A stretch of 50,734 nucleotides of DNA from a virus (lineage: Duplodnaviria > Caudoviricetes). Positions 21,055 to 27,589 of the stretch are shown here, one piece after another; position 1 is the first letter of the stretch; the number at the start of each line of letters is the position of its first letter. The notes beneath the pieces are model-generated. The model did no database searches. It was given only the letters and a program-made list of their open reading frames with translations, and was not told where the DNA came from. The position numbers were made by a program, and so were the translations under genes. The stretch lies in IMG/VR virus record IMGVR_UViG_3300030060_004561, positions 1-50,734 of that record, one strand, 5' to 3'.

Positions 21055-21719
21055 TGTATTTCCTTTGCTTTGTTTTTGCGGGCACCATGTGCTGGTGCGT
21101 ATATGTTCTTTGCTTTTATTGCCGATCCCATGCACAGCTTGCACTGGTCACACGTTACGTTGTGTGTGTAGTGCGGGCACATGATCTCGTCTTTGGTTAT
21201 GGGTTCCGGGCCTACCCTGTATGTGCGGTAGCCCATTGCGTTAGCCTTCTTCATCTCATGCACTGAGTGCACACTCGCCATGCAGAATGTCCTGTATGGC
21301 AGGTTGGCTGGGACTTTCCACTTGTGTGTGTAGCCAGTCCACTTGCCTGCGATTTGAAGGAGTGGTTGCCAGTGGTGCGCTGGCATTTCGGTTGGCTCCC
21401 CAGCAGCACCAACACGCAGTGGCGTGTTGCTGAGTAGCGTGACATCGCTCGACTCTGCGTCGAACGCCTTGTACTTACCCGCCTTGTACGATTTGTACAC
21501 TTGAAGCGGGGCTTGCTCCCACCTGACGTAGCAGAAGGGGTCGGCTGGGCATCCGCTGCAGCCTGCTCCCTTGGTTGTGTTGTTAGGTGGCTTGGATTTC
21601 CTGAGTATCCAAGTCTGTGCCATGCGACCAGTCTTCGTGTTAGAAGATGGCCTCCATAGTCCAGTCATTAAGACGACTGTCTTAGTGTTAGACCAAAGGA
21701 TGAAGCTCCCTTTGACCAT
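21042..21719 (-). CDS. Cys-rich putative Fe-S / radical-SAM-like phage protein
   Basis: SNTKTG, CSGCP...CY, LRVGAAGE, WTGYTHKW and CP...TCDQCKLC motifs; strong RBS. Confidence 0.55.
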   Translation of the reverse strand: MVKGSFILWSNTKTVVLMTGLWRPSSNTKTGRMAQTWILRKSKPPNNTTKGAGCSGCPADPFCYVRWEQAPLQVYKSYKAGKYKAFDAESSDVTLLSNTPLRVGAAGEPTEMPAHHWQPLLQIAGKWTGYTHKWKVPANLPYRTFCMASVHSVHEMKKANAMGYRTYRVGPEPITKDEIMCPHYTHNVTCDQCKLCMGSAIKAKNIYAPAHGARKNKAKEIQCNT

Positions 21720-21745
21720 GATGTTCCTTTCTGTTGTGTTGATTT

Positions 21746-21765
21746 CTTAAGTCGAGTGACTTAAG
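21746..21765. promoter_or_regulatory. 20-bp palindrome copy (CTTAAGTC GAGT GACTTAAG)
   Basis: Perfect 8-bp arms; 26 nt upstream of ATG 21719. Confidence 0.8.
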
Positions 21766-21813
21766 AATTGTGGTGCCTGCCTTGAGCTGTGTGTGGCTGA
21801 CAGGTGATGGGTC

Positions 21814-22065
21814 TTATCCTTTCGTCCCGTCACCGTGGCAGGCATACCTTTCATCTAGTATCTCATTGGCTACCTTCACCACTGAATCGTCAGAGTACAC
21901 AGACCTAAGCCTAGACTTACCCTCACGTGTGGTGATCTCGGTTACTAGGATGGGGTTCATCTCAGGTGTATCCATCTGAGCTTCTATCAGTGCACGCAGT
22001 GGTGACTCGTCTGAGTTAGCAGGGAAAAACTTAGCATCTTCCCCGTTCAGCATTAGTATTTGCAT
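21814..22065 (-). CDS. Hypothetical protein
   Basis: 83 aa, tightly packed in the operon. Confidence 0.6.
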   Translation of the reverse strand: MQILMLNGEDAKFFPANSDESPLRALIEAQMDTPEMNPILVTEITTREGKSRLRSVYSDDSVVKVANEILDERYACHGDGTKG

Positions 22066-22066
22066 A

Positions 22067-22336
22067 TCAGTTTACCTTGTCTATGTATGCTGTTGTGTAC
22101 ATGGAGCTTCTGTCAGGCAGCGGCCCCTTTAGATCGACGAGGTTAGCCATGCCTCTGACTATTGCATGAGGCTGGCTGTTCCTCTCGTGTGTTTCAGTAG
22201 GTATGGTGCACTTGATGTTGAGCACTTGGTAACACTTCTGCTTCCAGTGAACAGTCCATACAGCCATGCCCATCTTGTTAGAGTAGGGCTTGTTGTAATG
22301 GAACCACACCCTACGTGGCTTGTTTGTTTTGCTCAT
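22067..22336 (-). CDS. Hypothetical protein
   Basis: 89 aa; FHYNKP...WTVHW motif; purine-rich RBS region. Confidence 0.7.
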   Translation of the reverse strand: MSKTNKPRRVWFHYNKPYSNKMGMAVWTVHWKQKCYQVLNIKCTIPTETHERNSQPHAIVRGMANLVDLKGPLPDRSSMYTTAYIDKVN

Positions 22337-22514
22337 CTCTTTCTATCCTTTCTTCCTCTAGTTGTGGGTACATATTTTCTACCCAGTTAATCATCTCGTC
22401 TAACGTGTCGAAGATGTACTCGTCTCTCCCGATGTCTAAATCGTTCACCTTGTAGTACACCCACCACTGATCGAGGTGATGGAAGATCGTTAGTCTTGGT
22501 TCATCTCCCCACAT
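22311..22514 (-). CDS. Hypothetical protein
   Basis: 67 aa; starts 2 nt after the upstream stop. Confidence 0.6.
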   Translation of the reverse strand: MWGDEPRLTIFHHLDQWWVYYKVNDLDIGRDEYIFDTLDEMINWVENMYPQLEEERIERDEQNKQAT

Positions 22515-22516
22515 GG

Positions 22517-22969
22517 TTACAGGTTCCTTTCTACTAGGTCAGCGATGTCATCGAAGCTACCATGACTGACACCCGGATTCCTCATGTAGGTATCGTTGAT
22601 GTTGGCTGCGTTACAAGAGTTGTATTTATAGGTACGATCTTCTTCCTCTAGTTTCAGCACGTAGACATCAAGCCCATCATCACCTTGATCTGACAGCTCT
22701 GTCTCAAGGAATCCAGCCCAGCTTGCTACGCATTCGGGCATATAAGATATAGCTTGAGTCTTGTTCCATTCGTCTGGGTTTCTTGCCAGCTCGGTAGCTT
22801 CCTCCCAGCTAACACCCTTGTCTTTGCAGTACAAGTCAGTCAGCACACCGAGGCAACAGAACTTGTCCTTGTGACCCTTAGCTGCATCAGTCTTGAGTTG
22901 TTCTTGTCCCTGCTTGTATTCACCGGAGCGCAATGCCTCCGTCCATAATGTTTTGATCTTTTCTTTCAT
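22517..22969 (-). CDS. Conserved phage hypothetical protein (WTEALRSGEYKQG...CCLGVL)
   Basis: True start is ATG 22969 after GAAAGGAATAAG; the ORF-track N-extension runs through the palindrome and array. Confidence 0.75.
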   Translation of the reverse strand: MKEKIKTLWTEALRSGEYKQGQEQLKTDAAKGHKDKFCCLGVLTDLYCKDKGVSWEEATELARNPDEWNKTQAISYMPECVASWAGFLETELSDQGDDGLDVYVLKLEEEDRTYKYNSCNAANINDTYMRNPGVSHGSFDDIADLVERNL

Positions 22970-22997
22970 CTTATTCCTTTCTTGTTGTGTTGTTGAT

Positions 22998-23017
22998 CTT
23001 AAGTCGTGTGACTTAAG
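22998..23017. promoter_or_regulatory. 20-bp palindrome copy (spacer GTGT)
   Basis: Perfect arms; abuts the 3' end of the pentamer array. Confidence 0.8.
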
Positions 23018-23019
23018 AG

Positions 23020-23691
23020 TTGCCGTGACTGCCACGACATGACCCACCGGGCCTTGTCTCTCCAAACCTTGCCTTGCCATGACTGCCTTGCCTCGTCTCG
23101 ACTGGTCTCACCCTGCGATGCCATGACTGCCTCGCCTTGTCCAGCCTGTCCTAACCTAGACGTACCAGACCTTGCCCCGACTGCCTTGTCACGACTTGCC
23201 TGACCACGCCTTGTCTTGCCGTGTCTCGTCCCGACTGGACTGCCCTGCCGTGTCTCTCCATTCCTCACCATGCCCTGCCCCGCCATGACTGGCTTGCCAT
23301 GTCTGGCCATGTCCTGACTTACCCTGCCCCGTCCCGACTGCCATGCCACGTCTGGCCTTGCCATGATCTGCCCCGTCTCGCCAAGACTTACCGGGCCTTG
23401 ACTGCCACGCCCGACCCTGCCTTGTCCCGCCTTGCCTTGCCGTGCCAAGACTGCCTCACCTAGTCGCGCCTCGCCTTGTCCCGCACCGACTTGCCGTACC
23501 AAGACTGCCCTGACTGGACGTGTCAGGCCACGTCTAGCCGTGCCTTGCCTAGCCTTGACTGCCATGCCCTGTCGCGTCTCGCCTTGCCACTACCTGCCTA
23601 GCCAAGCCTTGCCCAGCCTTGACTGCCTCGCCTCGTCGCTCCTCGCCTTGCCAGACCTTGCCTTGCCCTGACTGCCCAGCCACGCGAAGCC
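23020..23691 (-). repeat. Phased GGY-NN pentamer array: 12 full units separated by GGCAGTC; putative guide-RNA array
   Basis: 13 delimiters (+ strand GACTGCC at 23027, 23081, 23125, 23179, 23238, 23287 [GACTGGC], 23336, 23400, 23449, 23503, 23557, 23621, 23670). Spacings 54,44,54,59,49,49,64,49,54,54,64,49 all equal 9+5n. Confidence 0.9.
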
Positions 23692-23707
23692 GAGTTAGGA
23701 ATGGGGT

Positions 23708-24247
23708 CTAGTCTTCAACCTCGACACCGAGGTCTAGCTTGACCCTGTCAATGGCAGCGAATACCGCTGCGAATTCGGTGTAGTTATCGTACTTCCTTCG
23801 GAACGTGTCCATCTCGAACAGGATACGCTCAAGCACGAGAGCACGAGTGTCTTCGTCTTTCATCGCACGTTCAGTAGGTACATACACGTTGCGTTCCACT
23901 TCCTCACCCTCATCGTTGATGACTTCTTGTCGGATGCTGATGAACGCACGGACGTTACCGTTCTCATCTGCTCCCTCTTCAACGACAGGTCTGATCTCGA
24001 TAGACTGAATGAGGTTGCGAGCCTGCTTCAATCTGTGCTGTTGTGCAGCAGCCTCATCATCCCACTCGAAGTGGTGATGCAATGGATTGTCAGGGTCTTC
24101 AGCCCTAGCCAATACATCTTCGGGTAACACGTACCCGTCATTGGTGTTGACGATGTCAGTCAACTCATTGTGTGCTGCGATTGCATCTGCATCATCACTT
24201 AGCTTGTGTGATCCAGCCTTCTTAACTACTTCATACTTAATGCTCAT
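23708..24247 (-). CDS. Partner protein of the Cas7-like gene (PLHHHFEWDD...QARNLI family)
   Basis: 179 aa, own RBS (GAAAGGAAAACAAATG), between the Cas7-like gene and the array. Confidence 0.8.
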   Translation of the reverse strand: MSIKYEVVKKAGSHKLSDDADAIAAHNELTDIVNTNDGYVLPEDVLARAEDPDNPLHHHFEWDDEAAAQQHRLKQARNLIQSIEIRPVVEEGADENGNVRAFISIRQEVINDEGEEVERNVYVPTERAMKDEDTRALVLERILFEMDTFRRKYDNYTEFAAVFAAIDRVKLDLGVEVED

Positions 24248-24271
24248 TTGTTTTCCTTTCGTTTGTTTGTT

Positions 24272-24291
24272 CTTAAGTCACTCGACTTTAG
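24272..24291. promoter_or_regulatory. 20-bp palindrome copy (spacer ACTC, 1 mismatch)
   Basis: CTTAAGTCACTCGACTTTAG overlaps the stop codon of the Cas7-like gene. Confidence 0.75.
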
Positions 24292-25031
24292 ATTTCTACT
24301 TTGAATGTACCCCAGCTGTTACCCTGTCTTTGCGGTCGGTTCTCACCGATGCCAACTGTCCTACCTGCATCGTTAACAGCATTGACTATCTCCTCTGCTG
24401 TCACTTGGTTGGTGTTGTACTCAACAGTAAAGGGTATCTTCCATGTGTTGAACCCAGCGCGGTACCGAATGTCTGCAGTACCCATGCCCACACGGACATC
24501 ATCTTCCCGCAGACAGGCACCGTACTTGTGCGCCTCTTCCAGTTGCTCAAGCATCTCTTCCTCATCCCAGCCCATCTCTTGAGCCAAGAGTTTCTCTGTA
24601 TAGTTTAGCCCATTAACTGGAGGCGCAATGATAGGCACGAGATCGTACTTACCTTCCCGATCTTCATGCCCGTAGATGTGCATGAATCCTTTGGCATCCT
24701 GCATAGTCTTGCCATCAAAGAACTTGAACGCACGCTGCGTTGCTTGCTTGATAGCGACAGCAGGGAATCCATAAGGAGTGCCATCCACTGTGTCCTCGAA
24801 CCTGTACAGTGTGTCGTACATCAGCTCCACTGGTTGCTTCTCTTCCGGTTTGCGCTTGGCTTTGCCGAGCTGCTTGTCCCGCATTTGCTTGCGGCTTTTC
24901 TCTGAGAACTTGTGAACGACCAGACGATTGAGACCAACGATAGTTATATCAACCTCTTTGTATGTCTGAATCTTTAGGTTCACACGTTCGGGTACTTGTT
25001 TCTTGTCTGCTTTCTTAGTTGTAGTAGGCAT
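24288..25031 (-). CDS. Stand-alone Cas7/RAMP-like RNA-binding protein
   Basis: N-terminal strand VDITIVGLNRLVVH; YGFPAVAIKQA (RAMP-like PxxxxK helix); IRYRAGF...W; C-terminal Gly-rich loop AGRTVGIGENRPQRQGNSWGTFKV. Confidence 0.7.
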   Translation of the reverse strand: MPTTTKKADKKQVPERVNLKIQTYKEVDITIVGLNRLVVHKFSEKSRKQMRDKQLGKAKRKPEEKQPVELMYDTLYRFEDTVDGTPYGFPAVAIKQATQRAFKFFDGKTMQDAKGFMHIYGHEDREGKYDLVPIIAPPVNGLNYTEKLLAQEMGWDEEEMLEQLEEAHKYGACLREDDVRVGMGTADIRYRAGFNTWKIPFTVEYNTNQVTAEEIVNAVNDAGRTVGIGENRPQRQGNSWGTFKVEI

Positions 25032-25063
25032 TGTTATTCCTTTTCTTTATTGGTTTGTGTGTT

Positions 25064-25089
25064 GAAAGAGGGGGAGCACTCGCTCCCCC
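25064..25089 (-). terminator. Intrinsic terminator-like hairpin between the DUF932-like gene and the Cas7-like gene
   Basis: GGGGGAGC-GAGT-GCTCCCCC followed by TCTTTC on the - strand (weak U-tract). Confidence 0.5.
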
Positions 25090-25092
25090 CTG

Positions 25093-25112
25093 CTTAAGTC
25101 ACTCGACTTAAG
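25093..25112. promoter_or_regulatory. 20-bp palindrome copy (spacer ACTC)
   Basis: Perfect arms; upstream of the Cas7-like gene. Confidence 0.8.
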
Positions 25113-25114
25113 AA

Positions 25115-26176
25115 TTAGTTGTTGATCTCGTTGCCGATCTCACCTGTCCGACCATACTCTCCCATGTCTGCATATTCTGATGCGAGTGCGAAGGCATCTT
25201 GACTGATGCGTGGGCTGGCCTCGAAGTATTGATAGGCAGCACGATCCTTCGCACTCTTATGTGCTGTGTCCGTGCGCTTCTCCTCTACCATGTCGTGGTC
25301 TTGTACTGCAGTGACTGCATTGTATGCACCCCATACAGTACCACGTCCCAGCTCTGCACCATGCCTGCTGCCGTGGTATGCAGTCATGTACTTGTCGTAC
25401 ATATTGCCGGGGCGTCCGGTCATCTCGCCATTCTTGTAGTGACGAGGCTCCACCTTGGCGATGGTCTTGAAGTACCGCTCGACAGCGGGCTGCTTGATGG
25501 TGGTGGTTGCGAACTTCTGAAAGACCTTCACTGTATCGTTGAAGAAGATGCGGTGCTTCTCTAGCAATGACGTAGCAAAGTCAGTCTTCGCCTTGATGTC
25601 ACCACTGTGCTTGATGCTACCCGACTGCTGTGTCTTACCCTTGAGCGCAGCATACAGTGTGTTCTTACACACCACACGAATGGTTGTCATCTTGTACGTC
25701 AGGCTACGGTTACCCGTGTGACCTGTGACTATCAGCAGGTACGGCATGACAGTGTCACCATTGACCACATCTGCTGGATCAATGGGCATCTTAACCTGCA
25801 CCCATGCCAGCGCACCACGCTCATACTCACCGCACCCTACGAACTCACCGCCTTGGGCAATGATTGGATCGGCTATGCCAAACGCATGGATGTTGTCGAT
25901 CTCTTGGAAGCTCTGCCCTACCTGACCTAATGGTACACGTGTGTCACTGCGTAACACCATGCGTTGATCCTCTACCTCCACCCATCTGCGTGATGGTGCT
26001 GGATTCTGCTGCGTCACACCCCATCTGTCGGTGTGCTCTAGGTCGTCGTCATCCCATGCTACCTTAGCAAAGTAGGTACGCCAGTTCATACCGGAGTTGC
26101 TGATTAGGTCATGCGCTGTCTTCATGTCAGCGAACTTGGGTTTCTCACCTAGTGTAGTTGCTATTGTATCTAACAT
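25115..26176 (-). CDS. DUF932/DUF945-family phage/plasmid protein
   Basis: LRSDTRVPLGQVG, YLLIVTGHTG, TTIRVVCKNTL, SIKHSG and GTVWGAYNAVT motifs. Confidence 0.85.
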   Translation of the reverse strand: MLDTIATTLGEKPKFADMKTAHDLISNSGMNWRTYFAKVAWDDDDLEHTDRWGVTQQNPAPSRRWVEVEDQRMVLRSDTRVPLGQVGQSFQEIDNIHAFGIADPIIAQGGEFVGCGEYERGALAWVQVKMPIDPADVVNGDTVMPYLLIVTGHTGNRSLTYKMTTIRVVCKNTLYAALKGKTQQSGSIKHSGDIKAKTDFATSLLEKHRIFFNDTVKVFQKFATTTIKQPAVERYFKTIAKVEPRHYKNGEMTGRPGNMYDKYMTAYHGSRHGAELGRGTVWGAYNAVTAVQDHDMVEEKRTDTAHKSAKDRAAYQYFEASPRISQDAFALASEYADMGEYGRTGEIGNEINN

Positions 26177-26178
26177 AT

Positions 26179-26493
26179 CTATTCCTTTTCTTTTGTGTTT
26201 GTGTTGTGTTGTTCCCTTAAGACACCCGTCTTAAGAATTCTTGGCAGGGGCGTGCACCGTATGCTGCGCTCATCTTGCAGCTCATCCCAGCTCTTAACCT
26301 TAAGAGTGGGCCTCACATATAATAACTCAAGCGATGCTTCCTCTTCATCGTTACTGTCTAGTATCTTGCACCAATCGTGTGCGTCATGCACATGATGCTG
26401 CTCCTTGGCTACCATCAGCCTGTCAAATGACCGTCTAATGTTCTCCTCTGTTGCGTTCATGCTGCCTAGATTTATTTTGATTTGAACTATCAT
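26179..26493 (-). CDS. Hypothetical protein
   Basis: TAATG coupling to the hydrolase gene; the 3' end reads through a palindrome and the next gene's leader. Confidence 0.5.
   Translation of the reverse strand: MIVQIKINLGSMNATEENIRRSFDRLMVAKEQHHVHDAHDWCKILDSNDEEEASLELLYVRPTLKVKSWDELQDERSIRCTPLPRILKTGVLREQHNTNTKEKE
26216..26235. promoter_or_regulatory. 20-bp palindrome variant with compensatory arm changes (CTTAAGAC ACCC GTCTTAAG)
   Basis: Both arms are changed symmetrically; lies upstream of the AC-rich leader of 26176. Confidence 0.7.
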
Positions 26494-26951
26494 TACTTGT
26501 CCTTTCTGTAGAATTTATGTCTGCCTACTGTACTCACGTGCTTGTACGCTCGCGTCCAGTAATTATCTATATTGTCACGTGCATAATGGTCGGCGTGTTT
26601 AACATATGCCCTGTCTAATGCGTGCAAATGTATAGCTAATGCCTTTGCCTTGGGTGCTAAGTCGTGCGACTTAAGAAGTTGATTGAGCTTATTGAAGTTA
26701 GGGTCGGCTGGATTCCAGCATGAAAACTGCCACGTCTTCCCGTTATTCTTAAGACAGATGTCTTTAGCTGTCTTGTGTCTGTTGATTACACGCTGCTGAA
26801 TCACGCAGGCTACAGCATACATACCTTCGTATCCCTCGCCACGTGCCTCACCTAGCAGTGTCTTTGCTACTATCTCCTGCTCCTCTGTTAATTGCTGTGC
26901 CTGTGCCTGCGATGCTATCGCCAGCGCACACAGTAGTATCTTTTTACTCAT
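26493..26951 (-). CDS. SleB/CwlJ-family cell wall hydrolase (Hydrolase_2) with signal peptide
   Basis: AKTLLGEARGEG...AVACVIQQR...WQFSCWN...VGRHKFY; N-terminus MSKKILLCALAIASQAQA. Confidence 0.85.
   Translation of the reverse strand: MSKKILLCALAIASQAQAQQLTEEQEIVAKTLLGEARGEGYEGMYAVACVIQQRVINRHKTAKDICLKNNGKTWQFSCWNPADPNFNKLNQLLKSHDLAPKAKALAIHLHALDRAYVKHADHYARDNIDNYWTRAYKHVSTVGRHKFYRKDK
26656..26675. promoter_or_regulatory. 20-bp palindrome copy inside the hydrolase CDS (spacer GTGC, 2 mismatches)
   Basis: GCTAAGTCGTGCGACTTAAG. Confidence 0.65.
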
Positions 26952-27058
26952 TGGTTCCTCCATATTCTCAGCGGGTTACGTGTCACGTCACACACTGCGT
27001 GCGATGCTGTGACTAGCTGCCATTCCATATACTTCCAGCTCCATTTCCATTCATTCAT
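26948..27058 (-). CDS. Small Trp-rich protein, 36 aa (MNEWKWSWKYMEWQ...)
   Basis: Follows the palindrome, AC leader and GAAAGGAACACA; its stop overlaps the hydrolase ATG (ATGA). Confidence 0.5.
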   Translation of the reverse strand: MNEWKWSWKYMEWQLVTASHAVCDVTRNPLRIWRNQ

Positions 27059-27084
27059 TGTGTTCCTTTCGTTTGTGTGTTGTT

Positions 27085-27104
27085 CTTAAGTCAAGTGACT
27101 TAAA
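27085..27104. promoter_or_regulatory. 20-bp palindrome copy (spacer AAGT, 1 mismatch)
   Basis: CTTAAGTCAAGTGACTTAAA. Confidence 0.75.
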
Positions 27105-27145
27105 AAATAGCGGCGGGGAATGCGTATGCTCACGCACTCCCCGCC
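27102..27145 (-). terminator. Intrinsic terminator-like hairpin
   Basis: GGCGGGGAGTGCGT...ACGCATTCCCCGCC followed by GCTATTTTTT on the - strand. Confidence 0.6.
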
Positions 27146-27244
27146 TGTCATATGTTTATTTCGGTGGGCGATTCCCCGACATTTGCCCTTAGCTCTCTCT
27201 GCTACGAGCCTTTTGGCCCGCTCGTCTGAGCATAGACGATAGCT

Positions 27245-27264
27245 CTTAAGTCAAACGACTTAAG
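27245..27264. promoter_or_regulatory. 20-bp palindrome copy (spacer AAAC)
   Basis: Perfect arms. Confidence 0.8.
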
Positions 27265-27485
27265 ATGTGAGCGTGCGACAGCCCAGCTGTCATCGCTTTC
27301 GGTAGCCATACACTACGCGCTCCGTCGAGCACGCGCTGCGTTGCCACCGTGCGCTTGAGTCACTGCTGGATTTTACTCATGCTACCCTCATTGCTTTCAG
27401 CGTGAAGACAGAGAACGCAGCGGCGTACGATAGCTGCGCCTGTGCCTCCGTGCTACGGGCTTGCATTGTGCCAGCACGCTCACAC
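27265..27485 (-). ncRNA. Candidate structured non-coding RNA (about 220 nt)
   Basis: 11-bp closing stem (27266-27276 with 27474-27484), several internal hairpins, no credible ORF, bounded exactly by two palindromes. Strand is inferred from the operon. Confidence 0.45.
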
Positions 27486-27505
27486 CTTAAGTCAGGCGAC
27501 TTAAG
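27486..27505. promoter_or_regulatory. 20-bp palindrome copy (spacer AGGC)
   Basis: Perfect arms. Confidence 0.8.
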
Positions 27506-27521
27506 AACTCGCTTGCGAACT

Positions 27522-27541
27522 CTTAAGTCGAGTGACTTAAA
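27522..27541. promoter_or_regulatory. 20-bp palindrome copy (spacer GAGT, 1 mismatch)
   Basis: CTTAAGTCGAGTGACTTAAA overlaps the terminator U-tract. Confidence 0.75.
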
Positions 27542-27573
27542 AAAAGAGAGAGGGGAGCTTTCGCTCCCCCCTC
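27539..27573 (-). terminator. Intrinsic terminator after the first early gene
   Basis: GGGGAGC-GAAA-GCTCCCC then TCTCTCTTTTTTT on the - strand. Confidence 0.75.
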
Positions 27574-27589
27574 GCTCGTGCGCTCCCGC

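Noticed and set aside
22999-23671. ORFs across the array (22999-23565 -, 23221-23463 +, 23432-23671 +, N-extension of 22517-23080)
   Set aside because: Low-complexity ARQG/PCLA translations expected from a GC-rich pentamer repeat; no RBS; unit lengths are mostly not multiples of 3.
23020-23691. Canonical CRISPR array
   Set aside because: The only constant element is 7 nt, and the intervening sequences are themselves 5-nt periodic rather than unique spacers.
27146-27244. Hammerhead ribozyme
   Set aside because: CAGACGAG...CTCGTAG only loosely resembles the CUGANGA/GAAA core; the conserved residues are missing.
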